A stretch of DNA of 32,000 nucleotides from an uncultured Erysipelotrichaceae bacterium (GTDB taxonomy: Bacteria; Bacillota_I; Bacilli_A; Erysipelotrichales; Erysipelotrichaceae): NCBI GenBank assembly GCA_942493105.1, contig OW818668.1, forward strand, positions 630,001-662,000, given 5' to 3'. Each line of letters begins with the position of its first letter. The stretch's first letter is position 1. A program made the translations under genes and the position numbers. The notes under the pieces were generated by a model that was not told where the DNA came from, made no database searches, and worked only from the letters and a program-made list of their open reading frames with translations. Of this stretch, positions 9,301 through 17,172 are shown in pieces.

Positions 9301-9794
9301 CAGGGTTGATCGACACGGTTGGTTTCGGTATATCCCATGCTTCTGAGTTTTTCAAAAAGAACTTTAGGTTGAATGATCTGATTGACTTTGATGTCGATCG
9401 TCAATGCTTTGAACGTTTTAAGCGGTGGTAAATATCTTAAAAGTGCCCCTAGATGGGTAATGATGACCTTGGGTTTATCATTTTGAACTTTGGATAAGAC
9501 ATCGATTCTACCTACATTGAGCTCTGGAGAAGCCGCAATGGCCTCTACTCTTAAAGACTCTTCAGCTGCGTATAAAACAACGTCATCCCCTAACCATAAC
9601 TGTAATTTCTCAACCAAATGTTGAGCTTGATACAAATTGGGTTTAACGACGATCATGTTTTGCGGGAAGAATTTGAAAGACGCCGCAATCAATAAAGATT
9701 CTTGAACCAAACTGAGATGCGAAAAAGTGACTTTCCTTTGAGAAAAGTCACGGATCAAGGATTCATTTTTTAATCGTTCAAGGATGGCTTTCAT
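6360..9794 (-). CDS. mfd: Transcription-repair coupling factor
   Basis: 1144 aa. It has a UvrB-homology N-terminus, the RNAP-interacting region (GDYVVHxxHGVGKY), superfamily-2 helicase motifs (GDVGFGKTEVA, DEEQRFG, QLYQIKGRVGR) and a TRCF C-terminal domain. Confidence 0.97.
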   Translation of the reverse strand: MKAILERLKNESLIRDFSQRKVTFSHLSLVQESLLIAASFKFFPQNMIVVKPNLYQAQHLVEKLQLWLGDDVVLYAAEESLRVEAIAASPELNVGRIDVLSKVQNDKPKVIITHLGALLRYLPPLKTFKALTIDIKVNQIIQPKVLFEKLRSMGYTETNRVDQPCTSAHRGGIIDVFPVNCEEPIRIEFFDNEIESIRSFNISSQRSVEPLSSITVQPASDLLFTDEEIIILETRIRSMLNERQTKEGFEFLQETIENDLELMRLKLKENHLYRYRALLDDSQTLLDYVHDPLVIASNAEDIKEHHKILHEETLDYLLEMVTDHKALPIFEVFADYGKIVTKVRTNDLRRFETTHNLHLPFRELDIPSQSLLNHVKMIIEDLKTKTVVCCLKEAEIKQLIPILQEQHVTYSLKLKDLDQHHLILLLQDLDEGFELISQDIVVYSSKELFNHKVFIGRYNTKFKEAETLHSYQDLQPGDYVVHHQHGVGKYIGIITKESEGQHRDYLHIVYRHDATLYVPLEQFQLVRKFVSKEGVVPKLHTLGSNEWKKTKARIKENVLDLAERLINLYGQREHDIAHAFGPDIQMQIDFEAEFEYPLTHDQTTAVNDIKRDMMSTVPMDRLLCGDVGFGKTEVAIRAAFKAVVEHKQVAFLCPTTVLSAQHFHTFSHRFANYPISVALLNRFVPDHQVKVILHALKEGKIDVLIGTHRLLSKNVQFKDLGLLVIDEEQRFGVEHKEKIKEIKTGVHVLSLSATPIPRTLQMSLVGVRSLSQLDSPPLNRLPILTYVIEKNRAVIKDIIQRELARKGQVFYLYNKVEDILQVAFKLKQDLPDAEIAVAHGQMHRDEIEDVMMRFTSNEVNVLVCTTIVETGIDIPNANTMIIDQADTFGLSQLYQIKGRVGRSDRLAYAYLMYNPKKQLSEIAAKRLQSIKEFTELGSGYKIAMRDLTIRGAGEMLGDMQSGFIDTVGIDMYIEMLEQAIKDKRAGIITEEKEPQIKTPMGIDGYIPSSFEHKDFEKLSLYQTIEKADTESALRKLQEETTDLYGKLPKSVQLLFEKKRWELLLNSPIIESAKELKHQMTLTYTKHWSSTIDGVKLFEKINSISPSITLKYLHEQIVLIIPKQDDWLFLATSVLVASSKVPQRS

Positions 9795-10348
9795 TCTTTG
9801 TTGTAGCGGTTCATCAGTTCCACAAAGCTCATCATCGGAAAATCCAGTGCCGCTTTCTTTGATTTTAAAATGACTTGAACCATGGTTTCTTCTTCTTGTT
9901 TATTAAATCTTCCTAATACATAGTCTTTTGTATCATAGAATGGATTCTTATCGATACCGATCCTTAAGCGAGGAAACGACTCAGTTCCCATATGTTGAAT
10001 CAAAGATTTCATCCCATTATGACCACCTGCACTGCCCTTTTCACGTAACCTGATTTTACCTACCGGAAGATCCAAGTCATCATAGATGACCAAGATGTCT
10101 TTAGGATCGATCTTATAGAAATCGATGACCAATCTGACTGCTTCTCCAGAAGCATTCATATAGGTATGCGGCTTAAAAAGGATCACCGCTTCAGCGTTGA
10201 TGTTGGTTTGCGCTATTTCCCCTTTGAATTTGGCTTGTGTTTTCAAGTTCAAATCAAGGATCATCGCATTAACGACCATGAACCCAACATTATGTCGCGT
10301 CAAGGCATATTCTTTTCCTGGATTTCCCAGTCCGACGATCAGTTTCAT
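9791..10348 (-). CDS. pth: Peptidyl-tRNA hydrolase
   Basis: 185 aa. MKLIVGLGNPG...TRHNVGF and GGHNG motifs. The stop overlaps the mfd start (ATGA). Confidence 0.97.
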   Translation of the reverse strand: MKLIVGLGNPGKEYALTRHNVGFMVVNAMILDLNLKTQAKFKGEIAQTNINAEAVILFKPHTYMNASGEAVRLVIDFYKIDPKDILVIYDDLDLPVGKIRLREKGSAGGHNGMKSLIQHMGTESFPRLRIGIDKNPFYDTKDYVLGRFNKQEEETMVQVILKSKKAALDFPMMSFVELMNRYNKE

Positions 10349-10358
10349 ACGCTTATTA

Positions 10359-11288
10359 TTATAACCGAAACTTGACCTTGTTGGATGACATCATGATTGA
10401 CTCAAAAAATATAATCATACGATTCATCGCAGTCTTACTTTGGGGATAAAAGAATTTGGTATGAAAACTATGCGGAAGCATTTCCTTCAAAGGGTAAAAA
10501 TCATAGACATACGAAACTTTCTGTTCAATGAATTTTCTTCGCATATGTTGAGTTTGAGGCATTAGAAAATCCAATGCTGAAGTCATTAAATAAGTTGACG
10601 GAAAATCAGATGTGACATAATGAAGCGCTGAAGCTTGTGGATACAAAGGTGCATTTCTAAAGTCTTGACGCATAAAGACTTCAGCCATGGTGGCTTTTTT
10701 TAGTGGGACCCAATAAAGTTCTTTTAAAGTCGTTTCAACGTCATATACCCCACAACTTAGCCCACAGCCTCTTAGTTTAAAATCAAAGGCAAAGGGATAC
10801 TTCTTTTTTAACTCAGGATTGGTAAAGATCGCAGCCATCAAGCTTGATAGGGTTGCCCCTGCTGATTCACCCACCAAAAATACATTTTTGAGATCGCAAT
10901 GATAGGTTTCTGCTTGATCAATCAAAAATTTCAATGCTTGAAATAAATCTTCCAGTGAAGCAGGAAAAGCAAAATCCCCTGATAAACGATAATTGACATT
11001 GGCTACTAAAAAACCGCGATTGGCTAAGCGTGAAGCATAATCGATGTAGTATCGGGTATGATTCCCACTGACAAATCCTCCCCCATGAACCAACATGATC
11101 ACCGGATAACTTTCTTTTTGATCAGGTGGATATACAAGATCCAAGCTTTGATTGTCCTTTGGATAGTTTGTATAACTTAGATTTCTGATTACCGAGACAT
11201 CGCTTTGATATGTATCCAGTAAAGATATCTTATCTTCCATATCATTCAGTGAGTTCCAGAACTTATGTAGAAATTTGTTTCGCTTCAT
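10359..11288 (-). CDS. Alpha/beta hydrolase (esterase/lipase, HSL/Abhydrolase_3-like)
   Basis: HGGGF oxyanion motif and GESAG nucleophile elbow. I place the start at ATG 11288 (MKRNKF...). The ORF-track extension to 11417 runs through the jag terminator and into jag. Confidence 0.8.
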   Translation of the reverse strand: MKRNKFLHKFWNSLNDMEDKISLLDTYQSDVSVIRNLSYTNYPKDNQSLDLVYPPDQKESYPVIMLVHGGGFVSGNHTRYYIDYASRLANRGFLVANVNYRLSGDFAFPASLEDLFQALKFLIDQAETYHCDLKNVFLVGESAGATLSSLMAAIFTNPELKKKYPFAFDFKLRGCGLSCGVYDVETTLKELYWVPLKKATMAEVFMRQDFRNAPLYPQASALHYVTSDFPSTYLMTSALDFLMPQTQHMRRKFIEQKVSYVYDFYPLKEMLPHSFHTKFFYPQSKTAMNRMIIFFESIMMSSNKVKFRL

Positions 11289-11300
11289 ACTTTCATTATA

Positions 11301-11334
11301 AAGAAAAAAGCGAAACACAGGAGGTTTCGCTTTA
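11301..11334 (-). terminator. Rho-independent terminator after jag
   Basis: Plus-strand arms AAGCGAAAC (11308-11316) and GTTTCGCTT (11324-11332). On the minus strand the hairpin is followed by TTTTTTCTT. Confidence 0.8.
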
Positions 11335-11946
11335 GTTTTTGTTTTTATCGTAAACGATTTTGAGACGGCGTTGATTGCCTTCCCCAACGGATTCAGTTTT
11401 GATGTGGGGCATTTCACTTAAGTATTGGTGAATGACCTTGCGTTCATCATTGGGTAAAGGATCTAAAGTCGCGGTGGTCTTTGACCTTAGGACAGATCTT
11501 GCGACTCTGTCAGCCAAGGCTTTGACCTTTTCATAACGATCTTGTTTGTAGTTGTTGATGTCAACAAGGACGTTGTATTTGCCTTTGAAGTGCGAGTTGA
11601 CAGCACCTCTGACAACAGTATTGATCGATTGTAAGGTTTGCCCTGCTTTACCGATCAAGATCGCATTGTTTTCAGCATCCAACATGACACTGAAGCCTTC
11701 AGCTTCTTGTTTGACCAAGACATTGACTTCAAGTTCGATGTTTCTAAAATAGGTTTCCAGATACTCTTGGACAAAAGCCATGATGTCTTCTGGGCCTGTG
11801 ACTTCGATGGTGACTAAGGTCCCCATCCCTAAGAATCCTGTTTTTTCTTCAGTTTTGGTATAACGTAAAGCCGCTGCTTCAACACCCAAATCTTTAGTCG
11901 CTTGGGCTAAGCAATCGTCCAACGTTTTTCCGCTGTAGCGTTTCAT
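11332..11946 (-). CDS. khpB: RNA-binding protein Jag/KhpB (Jag_N, KH and R3H domains)
   Basis: 204 aa. GKAGQTLQSI (KH-like GxxG) and a C-terminal R3H-like block (ERKVIHQYL). It has the conserved yidC-jag pairing, with a TAATG overlap with yidC. Confidence 0.9.
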   Translation of the reverse strand: MKRYSGKTLDDCLAQATKDLGVEAAALRYTKTEEKTGFLGMGTLVTIEVTGPEDIMAFVQEYLETYFRNIELEVNVLVKQEAEGFSVMLDAENNAILIGKAGQTLQSINTVVRGAVNSHFKGKYNVLVDINNYKQDRYEKVKALADRVARSVLRSKTTATLDPLPNDERKVIHQYLSEMPHIKTESVGEGNQRRLKIVYDKNKN

Positions 11947-12797
11947 TAAACCGCCTCTTTCTCGATGTAAACTTTCTGGATGTAGTAGGTTTGTACGATT
12001 TGTCCCATTGAACTAACAAACCAGTAAAGACTCATCGCTGTTGGCCATGTGAAGGCAAAGAATAAGATCATCCCCATTGAGGTATACATCATCATATCCG
12101 TATTAGGAGCTTTGGTGGCTTTTTCCCCCAAACGAACCGGTTGTTTCTTCGCATTTGCTTTAGCCAACCAAGCTGGAAGTTTCATCGATACAAACTGAGA
12201 AACACCCATCAATATGAAGATCACAAGGAACAACCATTGGCCATCGCCAATGGCATTTTGAGGTGAATTCGAAAGTGCATATCCAAACAAGGAACTGTTT
12301 TTAACCGCATCCGCATGTTGAACCGCTTGATACATCGCAATGATGACCGGGAACTGGATAAACATGGTTCCGATGGCTCCAAAAGGATTGATCTTATGTT
12401 TGGCATACAGGCCGTTCATTTCCTGAGACATCTTCATCTTAGATTCGTTGTCGTTCTTGCCTTTGTATTTTTCTTGGATCTTGTTGAGTTCAGGCTGTAA
12501 AGTCTGCATCTTTTGTGAAGCAACCGTCGATTTGACCGTTAATCCAAAGGTCAGAAGTTTGATCAGCAAGGTGACCAATACGATCGCGATGGTGACTGTC
12601 ACATACGGTGTCAACCAATTTAAAGCTTGTGCCAAAGGATATACGAACAGGGCTTCAAACCAGCTGTTGGATCCCATCCACATGTCACTAAACGGTGTAT
12701 CTAAGGATATGATCAAATCCTGTGCAATACAACCGCTCAGCCCCAATAACACAATGAGGGACAGAAAGATTTTTTTGTTTTTTAATAGTCGTTTCAT
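11946..12797 (-). CDS. yidC: Membrane protein insertase YidC/SpoIIIJ (lipoprotein type)
   Basis: 283 aa. Lipobox LLGLSGC and multiple TM segments. It has the conserved position after rnpA, with a 4-nt overlap. Confidence 0.92.
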   Translation of the reverse strand: MKRLLKNKKIFLSLIVLLGLSGCIAQDLIISLDTPFSDMWMGSNSWFEALFVYPLAQALNWLTPYVTVTIAIVLVTLLIKLLTFGLTVKSTVASQKMQTLQPELNKIQEKYKGKNDNESKMKMSQEMNGLYAKHKINPFGAIGTMFIQFPVIIAMYQAVQHADAVKNSSLFGYALSNSPQNAIGDGQWLFLVIFILMGVSQFVSMKLPAWLAKANAKKQPVRLGEKATKAPNTDMMMYTSMGMILFFAFTWPTAMSLYWFVSSMGQIVQTYYIQKVYIEKEAV

Positions 12798-13150
12798 AGA
12801 TTCTCCTTTTTAGGGTTTTGCATCTTTATTCTAACTGTATTCAGACATTTTTCCAATTCTTTTTTATTAAGGTCAAAGGAATATTTTAAGTATGCACCTC
12901 TGACCAAAATGATACAATCGAAATTCTCATGAAAATCAGTAAGATCTTGAACCATCATTCGTACTTGACGTTTGACATGGTTACGCTGGACGGCACCACC
13001 CAGTTTTTTTGAGACCGATAGTCCGACGCGACTGACGTCTTCTCTTTTCGGCGAATAATACAGCGTTAAAACCGGACAACTCACAAAACGCTTCACGCTC
13101 ATGATGCGCTGGAATTCTTGGTTCTTTTTAACGCGGTATAATTTTTTCAT
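12794..13150 (-). CDS. rnpA: Ribonuclease P protein component
   Basis: 118 aa and basic, with the RNR-like motif KKLGGAVQRNHVKRQVR. It lies downstream of rpmH. Confidence 0.93.
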   Translation of the reverse strand: MKKLYRVKKNQEFQRIMSVKRFVSCPVLTLYYSPKREDVSRVGLSVSKKLGGAVQRNHVKRQVRMMVQDLTDFHENFDCIILVRGAYLKYSFDLNKKELEKCLNTVRIKMQNPKKENL

Positions 13151-13155
13151 AGATG

Positions 13156-13181
13156 AATAAAAAAGTCACCAGGGGTGACTT
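13156..13181 (-). terminator. Hairpin with U-run between rpmH and rnpA (terminator or attenuator)
   Basis: AGTCACC (13164-13170) pairs with GGTGACT (13174-13180) around a 3-nt loop. The plus-strand A5 run gives a U-run on the minus transcript. Confidence 0.6.
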
Positions 13182-13316
13182 TTAAGCCGACAAAACTTCT
13201 CTGCCTTTGGCACGACGACGAGCCAGCACTTTGCGGCCACCCGCAGTCTTCATTCTCGCTCTGAAACCGGCCATTTTCTGATGTTTTCTTTTGCTCGGTT
13301 GATAAGTTCTCTTCAT
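13182..13316 (-). CDS. rpmH: 50S ribosomal protein L34
   Basis: 44 aa, [54 protein letters not shown]. The 80-aa ORF-track version is an upstream in-frame extension. Confidence 0.97.
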   Translation of the reverse strand: MKRTYQPSKRKHQKMAGFRARMKTAGGRKVLARRRAKGREVLSA

Positions 13317-13365
13317 TGTGAGCCACCTCCACTTCTTATTTGATACGATTGAGCAATGCTCATAG

Positions 13366-13394
13366 ATTATAAACAAAATACTATGTAATGTCAA
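13366..13394 (-). promoter_or_regulatory. rpmH promoter (consensus sigma-A type)
   Basis: The minus strand reads TTGACA (13394-13389), a 17-nt spacer, then TATAAT (13371-13366), about 50 nt upstream of the rpmH ATG. Confidence 0.8.
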
Positions 13395-13466
13395 ATAAAG
13401 TTTATACGACCTTTTTGAGCTCATATTTTACATAACATCTTGTTTCTTTGTAAGCTCAGAGGTACA

Positions 13467-14063
13467 ATGCAAACAATGCCAAACTCAATCTTTATCTCGT
13501 TTATGCTCTATGCATTCTCGACCGCAATAACCCCTGGTCCCAACAATTTCCTTACCTTAAATACTGTCAGTCGTTTTGGCTTGAAGAAAAGTTTAAGGAT
13601 GATGTTGGGTATCATTTGTGGAATCATGATTATTTTAACGATAACCGCGGCTTTAAGCTTTGTGCTGATCCAATATATCCCCCAACTTACTCAGATCACT
13701 AAAGTTTTAGGCGCAATATATATCCTTTATTTGGCATATAAGATTTATACCAGTAAACCTGTAGAACTCGATTCAAAAGTCAATGAACCTACTTTCTTAA
13801 ACGGATTGATCTTACAATTTCTTAACGTCAAGATTATTTTATATGCGATTACGTCACTTAACAGCTTTGTCTTGCCTTACACGACTGATTTAATTCAGAT
13901 CATCTTATATGCCTTGCTTTTAACATCAATCAGTGTGGTGTGTTTATGGGCTTGGGGCTTACTGGGTGTCTTATTAAGCAATGCAATGCAACGTCATTAC
14001 AAGCTGATCAATACGATATGTGCACTTATTTTGATTGAAAGCGTCATTAGTTTGTTTTTATAA
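13467..14063 (+). CDS. LysE/RhtB-family amino-acid exporter
   Basis: About 6 TM segments, with the N-terminal AITPGPNN motif typical of the LysE family. I place the start at ATG 13467 (AGAGG RBS); the ORF-track start at 13440 is a TTG with no RBS. Confidence 0.8.
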   Translation: MQTMPNSIFISFMLYAFSTAITPGPNNFLTLNTVSRFGLKKSLRMMLGIICGIMIILTITAALSFVLIQYIPQLTQITKVLGAIYILYLAYKIYTSKPVELDSKVNEPTFLNGLILQFLNVKIILYAITSLNSFVLPYTTDLIQIILYALLLTSISVVCLWAWGLLGVLLSNAMQRHYKLINTICALILIESVISLFL

Positions 14064-14417
14064 GTTGTCCACAATAGTGTGCAGTGGAAAATTGAACTGA
14101 TTTACCACATAATAATATGACACTTAACCACCGATTTGTTGAATCGTGGATAAGTCATTCACAGCTTTTAAAATAAGGTGATTTTGATACTTATATGCTA
14201 TGGATAAGTCGGTCAATATAAAAATGTATCCACAAATTTTCCAGTTACCCACAAGTGAATAAAGTTATCCACAATCATGATGGATAAAAAGTTGGGGATT
14301 ATTGTGGAAAACTCTTTAATTCACAGCAATTTAAAGGAATATATGACAGCTTGTTTTGTGGACAACACACTATGAAAACTTTTACATCAGCCATGACCCT
14401 GATAACTTGCTAAAATA
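14064..14417. other. oriC / dnaA promoter region: cluster of ten DnaA boxes
   Basis: Matches to TTATCCACA. One is perfect, at 14265-14273. Seven have 1 mismatch, at 14065-73, 14226-34 and 14245-53 (plus orientation) and at 14145-53, 14199-207, 14303-11 and 14357-65 (minus orientation). Two have 2 mismatches, at 14101-09 and 14279-87. Confidence 0.9.
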
Positions 14418-14441
14418 ATGAGTACACAAGGGGTAATGCAT

Positions 14442-15788
14442 ATGACCGGGGTTGAACATTACTATCAAGACATTTGGAGTAAGGCAAAAACGATCATTCG
14501 AGATGACAGTTCCATCGACAAGATCGTTTATGATGCTTATTTTGATGAATCAAATTTAGTTTATCTCAATGATGATAAAGCTGTTATTACTGTGCCAAGT
14601 TTTGTCCAGAAAACGGTTTTATCTCAAAAATCAAATTTAATTAAAGATATCTTAGAAGGCATGGGATATTTAGTATCAGTTGAGATCCTTTTAAATGATG
14701 AATATGGCGATAAATTACCAGAAAAGCAAGTTGTTCATAACGATCAAGTTCGTGCTGAATATACGTTTGATAATTTTATTGTCGGACCAAGCAACAAAGA
14801 AGCACATTCAGCGGCTTTGGCTTGTGCTTATACCCCGGGTAAATTTTATTCTCCTTTGTTTGTCCATGGTAATTCAGGTTTAGGTAAGACTCACTTATTG
14901 AATGCGATTGGAAATTATATCAAAAAACACCATCCAGAGATGAAAGTACTCTATACATCAGGCTCTGAATTTGTTACAGCTGTGGTTGATTCCATCACCA
15001 GCAAAACAGAACCCATAGAAACCTTTAAGAAACGTATGTTTTCGTTAGATGTGCTCTTGATCGACGACATTCAGTTCATCGCAGGAAAAGAAAAATCACA
15101 CGAGATTTTCTTCCATATCTTCAATGAACTCGTCAACAATAAAAAACAAATCGTTTTGACTTCTGATCGCGATCCTTCTGAAATCAAGGGCCTTGAAGAA
15201 CGTTTGATCAGCCGCTTCTCATCTGGGTTAACTGTTGGTTTGGATTCCCCTGAATTTGAAACAGCTTTAGCCATCTTAAAATCTCGCTTAAATACGCAAA
15301 CATTGGATGGATTAGGAACTGTCGATGATGATGTATTGAGTTATATCGCAACCAATTTTGCGAAGGATGTTCGTAAATTGGAGGGTGCATTAAATCGCTT
15401 GTTGTTCTATGCCGTTCAGTTTGGAAATGGCGGAAAAATCGACTTTAAATTGGCTATGGGTGCCTTTAAAGGGGCTGGAGCTGTAGCTGAAAAAAATGAA
15501 GTTTCAGTCAATAAAATCAAGCGGATCGTGTCAGATTACTTCGGATTGACCCGCCAGCAGCTTATCTCAAATTCACGAACTAAAAATATCGCAAGTGCCA
15601 GACATATTGCAATGTACTTAAGTCGAAAATTACTAGATCTTCCTTTCATTAAAATCGGTGAAGAATTTGGTAAGAGAGATCATTCAACCGTCATGAATGC
15701 TTGTGAAAAAGTTGAAATCAATTTAAAGAAGGATATTCATTATAAAAACATGCTCAACGAGTTGGAAAAACAGATTTTACAGACTTGA
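14442..15788 (+). CDS. dnaA: Chromosomal replication initiator protein DnaA
   Basis: Walker A GNSGLGKTHL, a box VII/sensor region and C-terminal DNA-binding helices (ARHIAMYL, DHSTV). I prefer ATG 14442, which has AAGGGG 8 nt upstream. In-frame ATGs at 14418 and 14436 remain possible. Confidence 0.95.
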   Translation: MTGVEHYYQDIWSKAKTIIRDDSSIDKIVYDAYFDESNLVYLNDDKAVITVPSFVQKTVLSQKSNLIKDILEGMGYLVSVEILLNDEYGDKLPEKQVVHNDQVRAEYTFDNFIVGPSNKEAHSAALACAYTPGKFYSPLFVHGNSGLGKTHLLNAIGNYIKKHHPEMKVLYTSGSEFVTAVVDSITSKTEPIETFKKRMFSLDVLLIDDIQFIAGKEKSHEIFFHIFNELVNNKKQIVLTSDRDPSEIKGLEERLISRFSSGLTVGLDSPEFETALAILKSRLNTQTLDGLGTVDDDVLSYIATNFAKDVRKLEGALNRLLFYAVQFGNGGKIDFKLAMGAFKGAGAVAEKNEVSVNKIKRIVSDYFGLTRQQLISNSRTKNIASARHIAMYLSRKLLDLPFIKIGEEFGKRDHSTVMNACEKVEINLKKDIHYKNMLNELEKQILQT

Positions 15789-15914
15789 TTTATGCACATC
15801 AATTCACTATGAATTAACACTAAAAAGTGTTAAAATATCATTAGAATAAAAGACTTTTTAAGACTTATCCTACTTATCAACACGCTTAATAATAATTATC
15901 CTAAAAAGATAATT
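15789..15914. other. dnaA-dnaN intergenic region: possible second oriC module (weak DnaA boxes plus an AT-rich stretch)
   Basis: TTATGCACA at 15790-98 and TTATCAACA at 15874-82, each with 1 mismatch. The AT-rich TTAATAATAATTATCCTAAAAAGATAATT lies at about 15886-15914. By analogy, Firmicute oriC is commonly bipartite around dnaA. Confidence 0.45.
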
Positions 15915-15932
15915 ATGAAGGAGGAACCGCAA

Positions 15933-17054
15933 TTGAACTTCAAAATTTCTAAACGTATTTTCTTTAATGCATTGTCGGTCGTATCTCGTGCCATATCTGC
16001 AAATTCACCTTTGCCATGGTTAACTGGGATCAAAATCGCAATCAAAGACGGAGAGTTGACTTTAACTGGAAGTGACTCTGATATTTCAATTCAGAAAGTC
16101 ATTCAAAAGAATGATGAAGAATTTGTTTTTGAAATTAAAACAGAAGGATCTATTGTGATCGAAGCCAAATACATTTTGGATATCGTCAGAAAAATAGATG
16201 CAGATGAAATAGTATTTCAAGTTTTGGATGGTAATTTAACAAAAATCAGTGGTCATTCAGCTGAATTCAACATTAACGGAATGAAGGCTGCTGATTATCC
16301 AGCCATTGATTTTACGATGCCAACCAAGCAATTTGAAATCAATGCGGATCAACTTTTAAAAATCATTACACAAACAAGTTTTGCGAGCAGTGATAAAGAA
16401 ACACGACCTGTTTTAACAGGCGTCAACTTCAAATGTGAAGGAAACACGCTAGATTGTGTTGCGACAGATAGTTTCCGTTTAGCGAAGAAGACCATCAAAT
16501 TAGAAAGTGAAAATCATTTTAACGTAACAATTCCTGCAAAGACTTTAGGTGAAGTTGCAAAAACGATTGAAAAAGATGTCAAAGTATTGGTTTGTATCAG
16601 TGATAAAAAAGCTCAGTTCTGGATCGACAATACAGTTATTCAGACACGTTTGATCGATGGTTTATATCCAGAAACATCTCGTTTGATCCCTCAGGAATTC
16701 TTATATGAATTGACTCTGGATTCAAGAGATATCTTAAATGCAATCGACAGAGCATCATTCATCAAATCTGAAGGCGTCAGTATCATTAAATTGAGTGCTA
16801 GCGGTAAAGAAATTTTGATCAGTTCCAAGTCTCAAGAAGTAGGTTCTTCACTTGAAAAACTGAATGCAATCCATTATAAAGGCAATCCTTTAGAGATCTC
16901 GTTTAGTGGAAGATATGTCTTTGATGCCGTTCGGGTTTTAAATGGAACGGTCGTCAAGATTGAATTCAGCGGAGAAATGAAACCCTTCATTATTCGTAAT
17001 GCTGAAGATGACTCCATACTACAGTTGATCTTACCTGTCAGAACCTATTCTTAA
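15933..17054 (+). CDS. dnaN: DNA polymerase III beta sliding clamp
   Basis: I place the start at TTG 15933 (MNFKISKR...). The ORF-track ATG at 15915 is part of ATGAAGGAGG, whose AGGAGG lies 7 nt before the TTG and reads better as the RBS. The three-domain clamp has the typical length of about 373 aa. Confidence 0.93.
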   Translation: MNFKISKRIFFNALSVVSRAISANSPLPWLTGIKIAIKDGELTLTGSDSDISIQKVIQKNDEEFVFEIKTEGSIVIEAKYILDIVRKIDADEIVFQVLDGNLTKISGHSAEFNINGMKAADYPAIDFTMPTKQFEINADQLLKIITQTSFASSDKETRPVLTGVNFKCEGNTLDCVATDSFRLAKKTIKLESENHFNVTIPAKTLGEVAKTIEKDVKVLVCISDKKAQFWIDNTVIQTRLIDGLYPETSRLIPQEFLYELTLDSRDILNAIDRASFIKSEGVSIIKLSASGKEILISSKSQEVGSSLEKLNAIHYKGNPLEISFSGRYVFDAVRVLNGTVVKIEFSGEMKPFIIRNAEDDSILQLILPVRTYS

Positions 17055-17072
17055 GGTATTATGAAAGCATTT

Positions 17073-17097
17073 GAGCCCTGTACTGCAGGGCTTTTTA
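17073..17097 (+). terminator. Rho-independent terminator after dnaN
   Basis: GCCCTG (17075-80) pairs with CAGGGC (17086-91), followed by T5. Confidence 0.75.
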
Positions 17098-17172
17098 TGT
17101 GTTATACTTTTCGCAAATAAACACAGACAAGAGAGTGAATAATATCCAACAGCTTGTCTAAGGGGGTTTCTT

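Noticed and set aside
6360-9794. Several 60-125-aa ORFs inside or antisense to mfd (6722-6943, 6759-6983, 7143-7337, 7460-7681, 8099-8476, 9180-9431).
   Set aside because: They are fully nested in a well-supported 1144-aa gene. They have no RBS, low-complexity or odd composition, and no recognisable motifs.
11289-11417. A 43-aa N-terminal extension of the esterase ORF overlapping jag.
   Set aside because: The extension reads through the jag terminator hairpin (11301-11334) and into jag. The hydrolase fold begins after M44.
13147-13424. A 61-aa ORF at 13147-13332 and the 80-aa extended version of the rpmH ORF.
   Set aside because: L34 is a universally conserved protein of about 44 aa starting MKRTYQP, with GGAGGTG just upstream. 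The extension would begin upstream of the mapped consensus promoter, and the other ORF is an out-of-frame overlap.
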